A DNA stretch of 38,551 bases from a virus (lineage: Duplodnaviria > Caudoviricetes): the IMG/VR virus record IMGVR_UViG_3300030397_000289, positions 1 to 38,551 of that record, one strand, 5' to 3'. Made by a program: the position numbers and the translations under genes. Below are positions 26,101 through 36,266 of this stretch, piece after piece (position 1 is the stretch's first letter; each line of letters starts with the position of its first letter). The notes under the pieces are model-generated. The model made no database searches, was not told the origin of the DNA, and worked only from the letters and a program-made list of their open reading frames with translations.

Positions 26101-28145
26101 GCACAGAAGTAGCCAACATACACGCACAAGTAAAGGCCGAGGTCGCCGACTATATGCGCAAAATGAAGGGCGTGCAAACGGCTACGAATAAAACTATGTT
26201 CTCCATGAACTCCCTGAAGAAGGCCGCCGGGGCACTGGGGCTAACCATGGGGGCAGCACTCGCCGGAACCCTTGTAAAAAACGCCGTAACCAGCATTGCC
26301 CGCTTTGAAAAGTCCATGTCGGACGTGGAGGCCGTCGCGGGAGCCACAGACGAGGAGTTGGAGGATCTGCGCAAGAACGCTCTTAAGCTGGGGGGCAGCA
26401 CCAAGTTTACAGCCGTACAGGTAGCCCAACTGAGCAAGGAACTGGCAAAGCTCGGTTTTGTAAGTAAAGAAATTACTGCCAGTAGTAAGGCCATACTCGA
26501 CCTGGCAGCAGCCACCGACACCGAACTGGCGCACGCAGCGGCAGTGGCCGGTACCACACTCAGGAGTTTCGAGCTAAGGGCCAGCGACATGACCAGGGTA
26601 ACAGACGTTATGGCCGCCAGCTTTAGCAGGTCTGCCCTGGATATGGAGAAGTTTACCAACTCCATGAAGTTTGTAGCCCCAGTAGCTAAAAGTGCGGGGG
26701 TGGACATTGAATTTGCCACTGCCATGCTGGCCAAGCTTGCCGACGTAGGAATCTCTGGCAGCCTTGCCGGTACCTCCTTGCGTCGTATCCTTTTGGAGAT
26801 GGCCAAAACAGGCAAGCCCGCTGGCGAAGCTTTCAGGGAGATAGCCACAAGAGGGATTACCTTGGAGGGCGCACTCGATGAGGTAGGCAGGAACGCCGTA
26901 ACAGCTCTCAACGCCCTTTCCGGGATGGCCGGTGGTGTGGAGGAGCTGGCCACAGAACTGGACAATGTGAACGGCAAAACCGCTGAGATGGCCCGCGTAA
27001 TGGAGGACAACCTTATAGGGGACTGGACAAAATTAGGAAGTGCGTGGGATGGAATGATACAGAAAGGGGGCGGCGTAAACACTGTGCTCCGCGCTATAGT
27101 GCAAAACCTTACTGAAATAGTACACATGGTAAGCGGCGAAGCGGGAGGTGCAGAAAGCCTTAAAACGTTTGGCCACATACTTGCAAACGTCGTCACACTG
27201 GGGGCCTTCCAGCTTAACAAGGAACTGTACGATTTAATATTTACCGAGGAGGAGGTACAAAAAAAGACCAACAAAACAAACAAAGCCCTCACCGAACAGC
27301 AGATGGCACTGCTCAATGTTGCTGAAGCTGGTGGTGGCATCCTCAAAACTAAGGAGCAAATCCAAGAGGAGACGGAAGCGGAGATAGCGGCCAACAAAAG
27401 ATTGACCGACTCCCTAAAGGCCGAAGCCTCCTGGCGTGAACTCATTAACCAAGTGCTGGAAGAGCAAAACAGGCTACAGCAGCTTAACATTGACGGGCGC
27501 GCAGAAGCTGCCCAACAGTTCGCAGAAAGCCTTCCACTTCTGGAAGCATACGCCGAGGCTATAAAAACCACCACCGACGCGGTGTACGACTTTTCGGAAG
27601 GAGAGAGGGAAATGGCAGCCTCCCAGGAAAAGGCCGACGACGTGAGCGACGACATAATAGCCAAGAATAAAGCTATAGAGCGCAGTGAGGACCAGCGCGT
27701 AAAGAAGACACTCGACGCCGCCACACAAATAGGCATGGCCCTGCAGCTCGAAAGTGATGAGCGTAAACGGGTGGTATCCGAAATACTGAAGGCCAACGCC
27801 GCGCAGATTATAAGCGACCTTATAGCCAGCGCTGTAAGGGGGCTACCCTTTCCGGCCAATATTATTGCTGCCGCAGGAGCAGGAACAGCAGCGGGGCTTC
27901 TACTCAACCAGATCCCGGCCTTCGCAGAGGGCGCAGTTATCAAGGGGCCTACCCTGGGAATGATGGGCGAATACCCTGGGGCAAATACTAACCCTGAGGT
28001 GGTAGGCAAGCTTTCCGACCTTAAGAAAATGGGAGGTGTCGGCGGCGGTGTTACCATTGTGGTCGATGGATTTGTGGGGGATGAAATAACGCTGGGCAAA
28101 GAAATTGAACGGATACTTGAGCGCCGAGTACAATTAACTTCTTAA
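26097..28145 (+). CDS. Tail tape measure protein (TP901-family core)
   Basis: FEKSMS.V.AV.GAT, LG.ST.F.A.Q.A, L.LAAA, GS.AGT.LR, A..M.DNL.G; C-terminal FA.G....GPT....GE.....PEV. Confidence 0.93.
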   Translation: MSTEVANIHAQVKAEVADYMRKMKGVQTATNKTMFSMNSLKKAAGALGLTMGAALAGTLVKNAVTSIARFEKSMSDVEAVAGATDEELEDLRKNALKLGGSTKFTAVQVAQLSKELAKLGFVSKEITASSKAILDLAAATDTELAHAAAVAGTTLRSFELRASDMTRVTDVMAASFSRSALDMEKFTNSMKFVAPVAKSAGVDIEFATAMLAKLADVGISGSLAGTSLRRILLEMAKTGKPAGEAFREIATRGITLEGALDEVGRNAVTALNALSGMAGGVEELATELDNVNGKTAEMARVMEDNLIGDWTKLGSAWDGMIQKGGGVNTVLRAIVQNLTEIVHMVSGEAGGAESLKTFGHILANVVTLGAFQLNKELYDLIFTEEEVQKKTNKTNKALTEQQMALLNVAEAGGGILKTKEQIQEETEAEIAANKRLTDSLKAEASWRELINQVLEEQNRLQQLNIDGRAEAAQQFAESLPLLEAYAEAIKTTTDAVYDFSEGEREMAASQEKADDVSDDIIAKNKAIERSEDQRVKKTLDAATQIGMALQLESDERKRVVSEILKANAAQIISDLIASAVRGLPFPANIIAAAGAGTAAGLLLNQIPAFAEGAVIKGPTLGMMGEYPGANTNPEVVGKLSDLKKMGGVGGGVTIVVDGFVGDEITLGKEIERILERRVQLTS

Positions 28146-28154
28146 TTTTAGCCT

Positions 28155-30491
28155 ATGGCCTTTGCTGTTAAATACAGGATGGAGTTCACCGAGCGAAAAA
28201 GCCAAAACGGCTACACTCCCATCGACTGGAAAATTGAACTATCAAAAGACGGATATGTAGGAAGCGTCACCGACCTGGATGGATACGGTACCAGCCCCTT
28301 TAAGATTGAATGGAAGGGGGAGACGGCCGACAAGTACGGGTGGAAGAAGAGCGAGGGAATGATAAAGCCCAGCTTTGTAAAACTGCTCATTAGATCCACA
28401 AGCCTGCAGTTTGTTGAGTTTATCACCGACACCGATGAGTACACCACAAAGGCTGAGGTATACAAAAACGGCTCCCTCTACTGGTCAGGGTATGTGAAGG
28501 GCGACAAATATACCGAACGCTGGGAGGTGGCCCACGACGTGCCCGTACTTATTGTGGCTACCGACGGGCTGGAAAAGCTCGCCCAGATGGACTACAAGGA
28601 CACCAGCGGCAACTACTACAGCGGCCAGAAATCAGAGCTTACCATCCTACTGGATATTCTCAACCAGCTTAACCTGGACCTTGACCTGGCCGAGGCGGTC
28701 AACATGTACGAATATTCAATGAATAAGACCAGCTCCGACAGCCCACTGGATCAGCTAGACCTGAATAGCGAGTATTTCCGCGAAGGACAAGGGCAAAGGG
28801 TGAACCTCCAATTTATGAAGTGCGACCAGGTGGTAAAAGCTATACTGGCCAAGTATGGGGCGAGACTCATGCAAAATAATGGTCGCTGGGAGGTTCACCG
28901 CATAAATGAGCAGGACGGCACAAGCTACAACAGAAGGCTGTACAACAGTTCAGGAACCTATCAGAGCGTGGCAACCCTTTCCGGGGTGTCGCAGCTTGCC
29001 GGATACAGTGAGGGGGATACTATAGCCTTCAAGGGGTCCATGCAGATAGAAAAGGCCCTAAAAAAGGCAATAGTAAATTATGAGGGAGGCAGGGCCAACA
29101 ACCTTATTATAGATGGTGGCTTTGAGGAGGTCAACTGGGAGACTTCCAGCGAGCTCCTGCGGTGGACAAAGAGCGACGCGTCGGTAGTGCTGAGTAAGAC
29201 GGCAAGCCCACTGGATAGCCACAACGGCTTTACAAACTACGCCTGCCAGATTACAAGCGTGGCAGCCACAACGGGAGCGGCCGAACATATTGAAAGTGAG
29301 GGGCAGGCGGTGAAAAAAGATAGCACGCTGTTCTTCTCACTAGCCTACAAGGTGGTAACATCTGCGGGCAGCGGCACCCTTCCCCAAATAGGGTACCGCA
29401 TCCAGCTTGAAACAGTCAACGAATTTGGAGCGCCCGTGAGCTATGGGTACAACGGCTCAGGAAGCTTTACGGTGGGTACCAATATCCAGTGGGTTTCTGT
29501 GCCCGATGCCAGCGCCCTGGGACAGTGGCTCGACATAGAGCTTTCAAACATTAATATTCCCGAAGATGGCATACTAAGCCTGCACCTTTACGAGTGCGTA
29601 AACAATGGGTACACCGTTACAGGCGTGCACTACGACAGGTGCATAGGGGAAATAGAAAGCGGGGACGTGCTGGCAGAAGCCTTTGAAATGATCGCCGAAA
29701 GCGCAGACGGGTATAGCAAGGAAATAAATATAGACCTTATCCTGGGAGACAAGGGCACCTATTCGGAGCACATCTACAAGAACAGCATACGCAGCTTTTT
29801 GGAGGCCAGGATACAGGAATCAATACTTATCCCCACTACCGACTATATTACCCTGGACATAGCCGGCACAACAAGAACATACACCGTGGCAGCCTCCTAT
29901 GGTGGCCTGGGCTCCCGCACATGGACAACGGTAGCGGAGCTTATTGCCGAAATTGATAACGACGACGGCAGCAACTACTACAGCGTGTGGGAAGTGTCAG
30001 CCGGTGGAGGAAACAAGGACCTGTTTATCCTGGCAGAAAATTGGGAGGCCGACACAGGCGGCACGCACGACTTTGGAACAGTTAGTGTGGGATCTGGTAG
30101 AATATCAGTAACCACACAAAACGACAATACCGACCCTGCCAGCCTTACAGCCCAGTATGATAATGCGCGCATGGAGGTGGGTGGAGAGCATACAGGGAAA
30201 TGGACCACCGACGGCGGCACGACCTACGACAATATTATTGATATACTACTGCAAACGGTCATGAACGACCACAAGCGCAACACCTACAGGATGCGCGGTA
30301 AGATCTATGACTTTATGGACGAGATAAATATGGCCAGTGTGGTGGAGGATCAGAACCATAATAGTGGCAAGTACTTGCTTATGATGGGGGGCACATATGA
30401 CCTGCTCAGGGGTGTTTGGGATGTGGAACTAGCAGAGATTACCAGCGCCACGAACAGTATAACAGAATCAAAAGAACCAATTGCAACATAA
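28155..30491 (+). CDS. Tail tip/baseplate hub protein, probably with inserted carbohydrate-binding-like domain
   Basis: Follows TMP; W.GYV..D.Y.E, ATDGL..L, L..YGARL.Q.NG.W; NLIIDGGFE..W CBM-like start. Confidence 0.72.
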   Translation: MAFAVKYRMEFTERKSQNGYTPIDWKIELSKDGYVGSVTDLDGYGTSPFKIEWKGETADKYGWKKSEGMIKPSFVKLLIRSTSLQFVEFITDTDEYTTKAEVYKNGSLYWSGYVKGDKYTERWEVAHDVPVLIVATDGLEKLAQMDYKDTSGNYYSGQKSELTILLDILNQLNLDLDLAEAVNMYEYSMNKTSSDSPLDQLDLNSEYFREGQGQRVNLQFMKCDQVVKAILAKYGARLMQNNGRWEVHRINEQDGTSYNRRLYNSSGTYQSVATLSGVSQLAGYSEGDTIAFKGSMQIEKALKKAIVNYEGGRANNLIIDGGFEEVNWETSSELLRWTKSDASVVLSKTASPLDSHNGFTNYACQITSVAATTGAAEHIESEGQAVKKDSTLFFSLAYKVVTSAGSGTLPQIGYRIQLETVNEFGAPVSYGYNGSGSFTVGTNIQWVSVPDASALGQWLDIELSNINIPEDGILSLHLYECVNNGYTVTGVHYDRCIGEIESGDVLAEAFEMIAESADGYSKEINIDLILGDKGTYSEHIYKNSIRSFLEARIQESILIPTTDYITLDIAGTTRTYTVAASYGGLGSRTWTTVAELIAEIDNDDGSNYYSVWEVSAGGGNKDLFILAENWEADTGGTHDFGTVSVGSGRISVTTQNDNTDPASLTAQYDNARMEVGGEHTGKWTTDGGTTYDNIIDILLQTVMNDHKRNTYRMRGKIYDFMDEINMASVVEDQNHNSGKYLLMMGGTYDLLRGVWDVELAEITSATNSITESKEPIAT

Positions 30492-30503
30492 AATCGAAAA
30501 ACT

Positions 30504-30626
30504 ATGAAAAGCGCACTATTAGCACTCGTAATTCTTGGACTACTGGCAGCCGCCTGGTTTGGTGGGGGCAAGTGGAAGGAAGACCAGATTAAAAGGAAGA
30601 ACGGAGGGAAATTACCGCACGAGTAA
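30504..30626 (+). CDS. Small single-TM protein (40 aa, not in ORF track)
   Basis: MKSALLALVILGLLAAAWFGGGKWKE...; TAATG coupling to next gene. Confidence 0.55.
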   Translation: MKSALLALVILGLLAAAWFGGGKWKEDQIKRKNGGKLPHE

Positions 30627-31039
30627 TGGACATCTTTATTCTGCAATTGCCGTGGGTGGTCGAAATGATACACGACCTGTACTATATTATCCGTAAGCGG
30701 AAACACCCTAATAAGCATGTAGGCGTAGTTATAAGGGTTGTAGTATCAGTAATAGCTAGCCTTTGGTACTTGTCCACCGTTCAGAAAATGCCGGTAACCC
30801 TAGGGCCGGTCACTTCGCTGGCTTACTGCCTTATCCTTTGCTGGGCCTTTCACTTCTCATTTTTCAATTACACCATGAATATAATCAGGGGTAAAAAGCT
30901 ATTCCACCTGAACGACGGACCGGTAGATAGTTTCGAAAAGCGAATGTTTCCGCCTGAGGTGTGGTTAATAGTCCGTATAGTTGTTTTGGGGCTATCTGTT
31001 TACATGTTTTACGCAACACCATCATATTATGGGATTTGA
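30626..31039 (+). CDS. Multi-TM membrane protein (possible lysis accessory)
   Basis: 3-4 hydrophobic helices, directly upstream of endolysin. Confidence 0.65.
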   Translation: MDIFILQLPWVVEMIHDLYYIIRKRKHPNKHVGVVIRVVVSVIASLWYLSTVQKMPVTLGPVTSLAYCLILCWAFHFSFFNYTMNIIRGKKLFHLNDGPVDSFEKRMFPPEVWLIVRIVVLGLSVYMFYATPSYYGI

Positions 31040-31763
31040 ATACAATGATATTTTCAAAGAGGGAAGAATACTAACAGTAGACTTTCCCCAGGACCAGTAC
31101 ATACAGGAGCAGTACGAAAAGAAAATGATCGTCCTGCACCACACTGCAGGCTGGGACAATGCCCGCGGTATGTTTGACTGGTGGGCATCCAACAAGCAAA
31201 GGGTGGCCACCTGCTGCGGTGTAGAAGATTCTGGCCTTATCGTCCAGGGGTTTAGCAGCAAGTACTACGGCTGGCATGTGAACGTGTGGAGCAGGCACAA
31301 CCAACTGCCCGCTTACCTGAAAAACATACGGCGCCCCTCCTCCTACTACGAAAAGCACAGCATAGGCGTAGAGGTTACCAACTGGGGGCCACTACAGAGC
31401 CGTGGCGGTAAGTTGTATGCCTGGCCGAACGATTACGGCAGAAGCGGTAAGGGTGTTATTATAGATCCCGCAGTACACCCTGTAGTCGAGTATGAGGGCG
31501 ACGGCTTCCGGGGACACAGGTTTTATGAAGCCTACACCGACAAGCAGATACAGACGCTCTACGACCTTTGTTATTTCTGGATGGGTAAATACAATATTCC
31601 GTTTACCTTCAAGGGGTGGACACATTTCTTTGACGTTAACAGGGAGGCTATCAGCGGGGCAAGGGGAATACATACCCACGCGGGATTTAGAACGGACAAG
31701 TTCGACCTACACCCTCAGCCAGAGCTTATTCAAATGCTTCAGGCGCTTTCTAATGCTGCTTAA
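31029..31763 (+). CDS. Endolysin, N-acetylmuramoyl-L-alanine amidase (Amidase_2 type)
   Basis: IVLHHTAG, WH, SIGVE..NWG, YT..QI..L, G..TH...R.DK.D..P; likely ATG 31029. Confidence 0.88.
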   Translation: MGFEYNDIFKEGRILTVDFPQDQYIQEQYEKKMIVLHHTAGWDNARGMFDWWASNKQRVATCCGVEDSGLIVQGFSSKYYGWHVNVWSRHNQLPAYLKNIRRPSSYYEKHSIGVEVTNWGPLQSRGGKLYAWPNDYGRSGKGVIIDPAVHPVVEYEGDGFRGHRFYEAYTDKQIQTLYDLCYFWMGKYNIPFTFKGWTHFFDVNREAISGARGIHTHAGFRTDKFDLHPQPELIQMLQALSNAA

Positions 31764-31768
31764 AGCCC

Positions 31769-32494
31769 ATGTGGGTATTACAGCAATTTGACTGGGGGCT
31801 GGGTAATTTCATAAACCTCACCCCCGCCATACGGGCTATAGCCGACAAGACAGGTGAAAGGGTGCCCGTATTCTTTTCCCAGGATTACGTAAAGCAGTGT
31901 TTTTTGGACTGTGACTTTATGGAGATCCTACCAGGGCACCCTGGGGGCCAGCCTGTCCTGCGGTCATCAATGATAAACAGGGACATGCCCGACTGGCAGT
32001 ACGTTTACCTTATCGCTCAAAAGCTTTTTAAGTTATCTCCAACAATTCCCCACACCTATGTAGATAAGCTCGAACCACCAGAAGGATTGGGGGAATACGA
32101 CGTAATAGTAAACGGCTGCTACACCGAGCAGCGACGCCATACCAAAGATCCCGGGCCGGTAGCTATGCGCTGGCTGGTGAACAGGGACAGGCAGCAGTAT
32201 TTTGTGGGCAGCGAAAAGGACTGCATCAATTCAGCCTACCTAAACCTGCCCCAGGTAAGCGGAAATATTCGGGAATGCCTGAAATATATTAGCGGTGCGC
32301 GCTTTTTCTTTGGAAATGCAACGGGTTTTTACCATGTTGCTAATGCCCTACAAAAACAGGGATTGGTCCTATGGAAAGATTGCCACTGGGTTAAGAATGT
32401 AGGGCGGGGTGAAAGCGTTAAGCGTATAAGCCTCTATAATGAGAACATAGAACAATTGATAAAGGCATGGACGAGAGAATACTTAGAGCATTAA
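31769..32494 (+). CDS. Putative GT-B glycosyltransferase (GT9/heptosyltransferase-like)
   Basis: GLGNFI..TPAIRA and I..A..F.GN.TG..H.A.AL....LVLW. Confidence 0.78.
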   Translation: MWVLQQFDWGLGNFINLTPAIRAIADKTGERVPVFFSQDYVKQCFLDCDFMEILPGHPGGQPVLRSSMINRDMPDWQYVYLIAQKLFKLSPTIPHTYVDKLEPPEGLGEYDVIVNGCYTEQRRHTKDPGPVAMRWLVNRDRQQYFVGSEKDCINSAYLNLPQVSGNIRECLKYISGARFFFGNATGFYHVANALQKQGLVLWKDCHWVKNVGRGESVKRISLYNENIEQLIKAWTREYLEH

Positions 32495-32682
32495 AAAGGC
32501 TTACAGGATGGGCTATTTTAGCTAATGCGGCCCTTGTTATGGGGAAGATATTACTATTTGCCGCTCAGAATCCTGAGTTAAACAGCTTTCAGATACTTGT
32601 GGCTAAGTGGCACCTTTACCTATATGCCATTTTTTGTGCTACCGTCGTTGCCTTTGCTTATGAAACTTTATTTGAAAAATAA
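32467..32682 (+). CDS. Small 2-TM membrane protein
   Basis: Two hydrophobic segments. Confidence 0.6.
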   Translation: MDERILRALKRLTGWAILANAALVMGKILLFAAQNPELNSFQILVAKWHLYLYAIFCATVVAFAYETLFEK

Positions 32683-32688
32683 AAACAC

Positions 32689-33378
32689 ATGAAAACTTTT
32701 GAAATTAGTGGACACACCTACATTCAAGACATGTTAGGCATAGTCCACCAGGTTAACGCTGAACCCTTTACCTACGACAAGGATTACATAGCGTGCTACG
32801 ACAGTCCCGAATACGTGCGCAACTCGTTCAAACTTCAACACATCCGATATGATTTTATTGTAAAGGAACTGACCTCCGCACCATCAAACTACCGGTTTTT
32901 GGATTACGGCTTTGGTAATGGTCATTTTTTAATGCACGTACAGTCTAGCGCTGGGCTGGCTCCTATGGGCTATGATATCGGGGATTACGAAATACCGCTG
33001 GGTTGCGAGAAGTGGGACGGAAAAAAATCGTTTGATATACTCACCATGTGGGACGTGCTGGAACATATACCCGACTTACAAGACTTTTTTAATACGGTAA
33101 TTTCAAAGTTTTGGCCTACCTACATATGCATAAGCCTACCAAAACCCCCGCTGGAATACGACGAAAGCGGCGAAAGGAACTTTTTACCCTGGGAGGATTG
33201 GCACCACCTGAAGCCTAACGAGCACCTGCACCACTTTAAGCCGTCAGCTTTAGTCGGTCTTATGGACGCGTGGGGTTACACATCAGTAAGGCAGGGGTCG
33301 CCTGAGGATGCGGTAAGACGACCCAAACAGGGGCAGGCATACAACATTTTCACGGGGTTATATAAAATTAGGCGGTGA
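32689..33378 (+). CDS. Class I SAM-dependent methyltransferase (glycan/small-molecule type)
   Basis: LDYGFGNG.F, GYD, FD..T.WDVLEHIPD, P.EHL.HF. Confidence 0.88.
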   Translation: MKTFEISGHTYIQDMLGIVHQVNAEPFTYDKDYIACYDSPEYVRNSFKLQHIRYDFIVKELTSAPSNYRFLDYGFGNGHFLMHVQSSAGLAPMGYDIGDYEIPLGCEKWDGKKSFDILTMWDVLEHIPDLQDFFNTVISKFWPTYICISLPKPPLEYDESGERNFLPWEDWHHLKPNEHLHHFKPSALVGLMDAWGYTSVRQGSPEDAVRRPKQGQAYNIFTGLYKIRR

Positions 33379-33593
33379 GAGAAGGGTTTTACATAGCAAG
33401 TGCTGTGGCTATTATGCTGCTGCTTATTTTTGCCTTTTGGTGGTTCCCTTTCGAGGTTATACTATACTACACCGACTGCGACCCTGTAAACGTGTGGTCT
33501 ATTGTGGTTTTCTGCTGCATGTTGGTTGCCATAGCTGTAGGCTTCTGGATAAGCAGGGCGGCTTCACGACAATCATTTGATGAGGGATTATGA
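33375..33593 (+). CDS. Small 2-TM membrane protein
   Basis: Two hydrophobic segments; GTGA overlap. Confidence 0.6.
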   Translation: MREGFYIASAVAIMLLLIFAFWWFPFEVILYYTDCDPVNVWSIVVFCCMLVAIAVGFWISRAASRQSFDEGL

Positions 33594-34426
33594 TAATTAA
33601 ATTACCGCCAGGAATCGGCGACATATACTGGGTATTACAGAAGCTCAGTTCTACAGGTAGAAAATTCGACTACCAGATAGCCCAGGACCATACCCGCAGG
33701 GGAATACAGATATTCCAACTGTTCCCCCATACGGTCAATTCAGTAAAGTACGGTAGGTTTACCTCCCGCGACGTGCTGAACGGCTGCCCCGGATCTACTT
33801 CATGGGAGAAGATTAAAGGCAAAAGGGAGGTGTACCTGAGCGCCAACACCTGGGTAGACAGCGGCAACCGCATTGAAAACTGGATCCCAGACTTAGAGTT
33901 GCAGACAGATCTATGGAAGCACGCCGTAATTACTGAGCATGACGAGGAAAATGCCACAGACATAGCCGAAAGCCTAGACTACAATTACTGGGTAATAGCC
34001 CCCAGCAGCATACAGAATGCCAACAGGTCGGGCCTTTGGAATCAAGGGCTGTGGGCTAAGTTCTTAAAACACTTTCCCAGGAAAACAAAGTTTTTGTTTG
34101 TGGGTGCCGAGTACGACGAGGATATGATATTTAGCATAGCCCACCTGATAGGGGCGCGCCCTCATGAGTTTTGCATAGGGGAAAGTTTGGGAACGGTTAG
34201 CACCTTACTTTCCAGCGCTCAGGGGGTGATATGCAGGGCTTCAGGGCTGGGCATACTGTCTGAAAGTATGGCTACACGCACCTGTATGATGTATCCCATA
34301 CACGAAAAGAAGCTTATCAAGAGCTTTGCAAGTAAGAAGCACATAGAAAACGGGCTGTACATTGGCACGACCCGGAAGACCACTACGGATTTATATAGAA
34401 GAATTACGCAGACATGGAAACAGTAG
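33590..34426 (+). CDS. Putative GT-B glycosyltransferase (GT9-like)
   Basis: GIGDIYW, W....W, VG...D, G.SL......L..A..VI...SGL..L. Confidence 0.72.
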   Translation: MIIKLPPGIGDIYWVLQKLSSTGRKFDYQIAQDHTRRGIQIFQLFPHTVNSVKYGRFTSRDVLNGCPGSTSWEKIKGKREVYLSANTWVDSGNRIENWIPDLELQTDLWKHAVITEHDEENATDIAESLDYNYWVIAPSSIQNANRSGLWNQGLWAKFLKHFPRKTKFLFVGAEYDEDMIFSIAHLIGARPHEFCIGESLGTVSTLLSSAQGVICRASGLGILSESMATRTCMMYPIHEKKLIKSFASKKHIENGLYIGTTRKTTTDLYRRITQTWKQ

Positions 34427-34863
34427 TTTATTACCAACGCTTTAAAACCTTTCAGCAGCGTTTCTTTGAAAAGGTAAAAAAGACTTCAGGGTGCTGGCTA
34501 TGGGTGGGGACAAAAAATAAAAAGGGGTACGGCGGAATGAGGCTACACGGCAAAATGGAAAAAGCACACCGTGTAAGCTGGTTGATATTTTGGGGAGCGA
34601 TACCTAAAGGCAAGCACGTTTTGCACCACTGCGACAATCCGGGCTGTGTGAATCCTACGCACCTATTTTTAGGGACGAACGCGGATAATATGAGAGACAA
34701 AACAAAGAAAGGTAGGCAGGCTAAAAAACTCACAGATGAGGAGGTTAAAGAGATTAGGCACATGCACAAAAGGGGAGTTGCCCAAAAAGTTATTGCTAAA
34801 ACATACAACTGCGTCCCCTCTAATATTAGCTACATTGTGAATAACAAAACGCGCGTCTTATGA
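34414..34863 (+). CDS. HNH homing endonuclease with C-terminal HTH
   Basis: RFFEKV....CWLW.G....GYG, AHRVSW, LHHCDNP.CVNP.HL..GT..DNM.D. Confidence 0.92.
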   Translation: METVVYYQRFKTFQQRFFEKVKKTSGCWLWVGTKNKKGYGGMRLHGKMEKAHRVSWLIFWGAIPKGKHVLHHCDNPGCVNPTHLFLGTNADNMRDKTKKGRQAKKLTDEEVKEIRHMHKRGVAQKVIAKTYNCVPSNISYIVNNKTRVL

Positions 34864-35618
34864 AGTTGGGGTGTGCCTATAGCGTATTCAACGGCGAAGA
34901 ACTATTGCAGGCCAGTATAGAATGTATTAGGGATTACGTAGACCATGTGCATGTTTCCTACCAGCTAACCAGTAACCACGGCACAGAAGCAGATCCCAAC
35001 CTGTTCGGGCTTATTATGGCCCTCAAAAAGCAGAAGCTTATAGACACGCTTCATTACTTTGTGCCTTTACCGAAGTGGACAGCGAAGCAAAACGAAGCCT
35101 TGAAGCGGGAACAGGCTAGGGATTTTTTACATAAAACAGGCTGCACCCATTTTATCAGTATGGACTGCGACGAGTTTTACGAGCCTGAAAGGTTTGAAGA
35201 GGCGAAGTTGTGGTGTATAGAACTGCAAGCACCAGCCACAGCGGTAGAGCTTCTAAGCTATTACAAAACACCTGAATACCAGCTTACCCCCAAAGAGTCG
35301 TACTACTGCCCTTTTATTTGCGAGATCGAGCAGGAGATAGATTTAAACAATACCTGGGACATCGTGGTAGATTCCAGCCGAAAGGCGGGCAATAACGACG
35401 CTGTAGTCATTCCCGAATTTATCTGTGAAATGCACCACATGAGCTACGTAAGAACAGACCTGCGCAGCAAACTGGAAAATGCCGCCAGCAAGCACGTATA
35501 CGATGGTAAGGTGGACGATATTCTGTGGGACTTTGAAAACTGGGAGTACCCCGACCCTGTCAACTGGGCAGGCCAGTATAAACAGGTTAAGAAAATAAAG
35601 CCTATCTTTGTTCTATGA
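34860..35618 (+). CDS. Putative GT-A/GT2-like glycosyltransferase
   Basis: YSVFNGEELL..SI..IR.YVD, E..KR, SMDCDEFY (DxDE), MHHMSYVR. Confidence 0.75.
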   Translation: MKLGCAYSVFNGEELLQASIECIRDYVDHVHVSYQLTSNHGTEADPNLFGLIMALKKQKLIDTLHYFVPLPKWTAKQNEALKREQARDFLHKTGCTHFISMDCDEFYEPERFEEAKLWCIELQAPATAVELLSYYKTPEYQLTPKESYYCPFICEIEQEIDLNNTWDIVVDSSRKAGNNDAVVIPEFICEMHHMSYVRTDLRSKLENAASKHVYDGKVDDILWDFENWEYPDPVNWAGQYKQVKKIKPIFVL

Positions 35619-35728
35619 CTAAGGTAATAATGACATGCAGTACAAAGCCCTACCTGGTTCAGGTAAGCCTTATTCCGCCTTGCGGCCATAAAAAGTGCGG
35701 CATGACCTTTGACTTATTTCTGAACTAA
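35615..35728 (+). CDS. Possible 37-aa peptide
   Basis: ATGA overlap; TATCTTTG -7 box at 35603. Confidence 0.3.
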   Translation: MTKVIMTCSTKPYLVQVSLIPPCGHKKCGMTFDLFLN

Positions 35729-35759
35729 TGAAGGATATAATAGTTAGAGATCTGGAAGA

Positions 35760-36266
35760 TTGGGAGGATTAGACACACCTATAGAGCAAGTAGGCGACCT
35801 TATTGATAAGGTGGGCACCAACGCCGACAAGCTTACTGAGTCGGGGGAGGAGAGGCAGAAGGAATTAACCGAACGCCTCAAGATTGATATGGCCTCCGAT
35901 AATAAGCTGAGCAAGTCTATACGGCCTATTTCGCTTATCTGGCTGCTCACCCTCTACACTTTACTGGCACTGCTTATATGTACGCTGCTTTATATGGATA
36001 TTACCGTAGAGCCACTTTTATGGTTTTCCGGGGAGGTTACCGTGCTATTGGGTACTGTTTTGGGCTTTTACTTCAACTCCAAGAAAGCCGAAAGGGTGCA
36101 AGCTAAACGAGCTGCGGCGGCCATCGAGATCGAGCAGCAGAAGCAGAAGGCGGAAGTATCAGCAGAAAGGGAAAGGTCGAAATTTAACAAAAGAGTACTA
36201 CGTCAAATTCGAAAGGGTAAACTTACCCCCGAACAAGGGGAAAGCCTTTTGAATGCAGATATTTGA
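35760..36266 (+). CDS. Holin (3TM/GTA-holin-like); start uncertain (TTG)
   Basis: G.LIDK....EER, DM.SD..LSK.IRP, two TM helices, GFYF. Confidence 0.75.
   Translation: MGGLDTPIEQVGDLIDKVGTNADKLTESGEERQKELTERLKIDMASDNKLSKSIRPISLIWLLTLYTLLALLICTLLYMDITVEPLLWFSGEVTVLLGTVLGFYFNSKKAERVQAKRAAAAIEIEQQKQKAEVSAERERSKFNKRVLRQIRKGKLTPEQGESLLNADI

Noticed and set aside
26150-28099. 649-aa minus-strand ORF
   Set aside because: Antisense shadow of the Ala/Glu/Lys-rich tape measure gene; low-complexity Ser/Ala translation with no motifs
31769-35618. DNA hypermodification pathway
   Set aside because: No thymidylate-synthase-like hydroxymethylase, TET/JBP, kinase or own polymerase seen, and the late-operon position argues against it; not formally excluded
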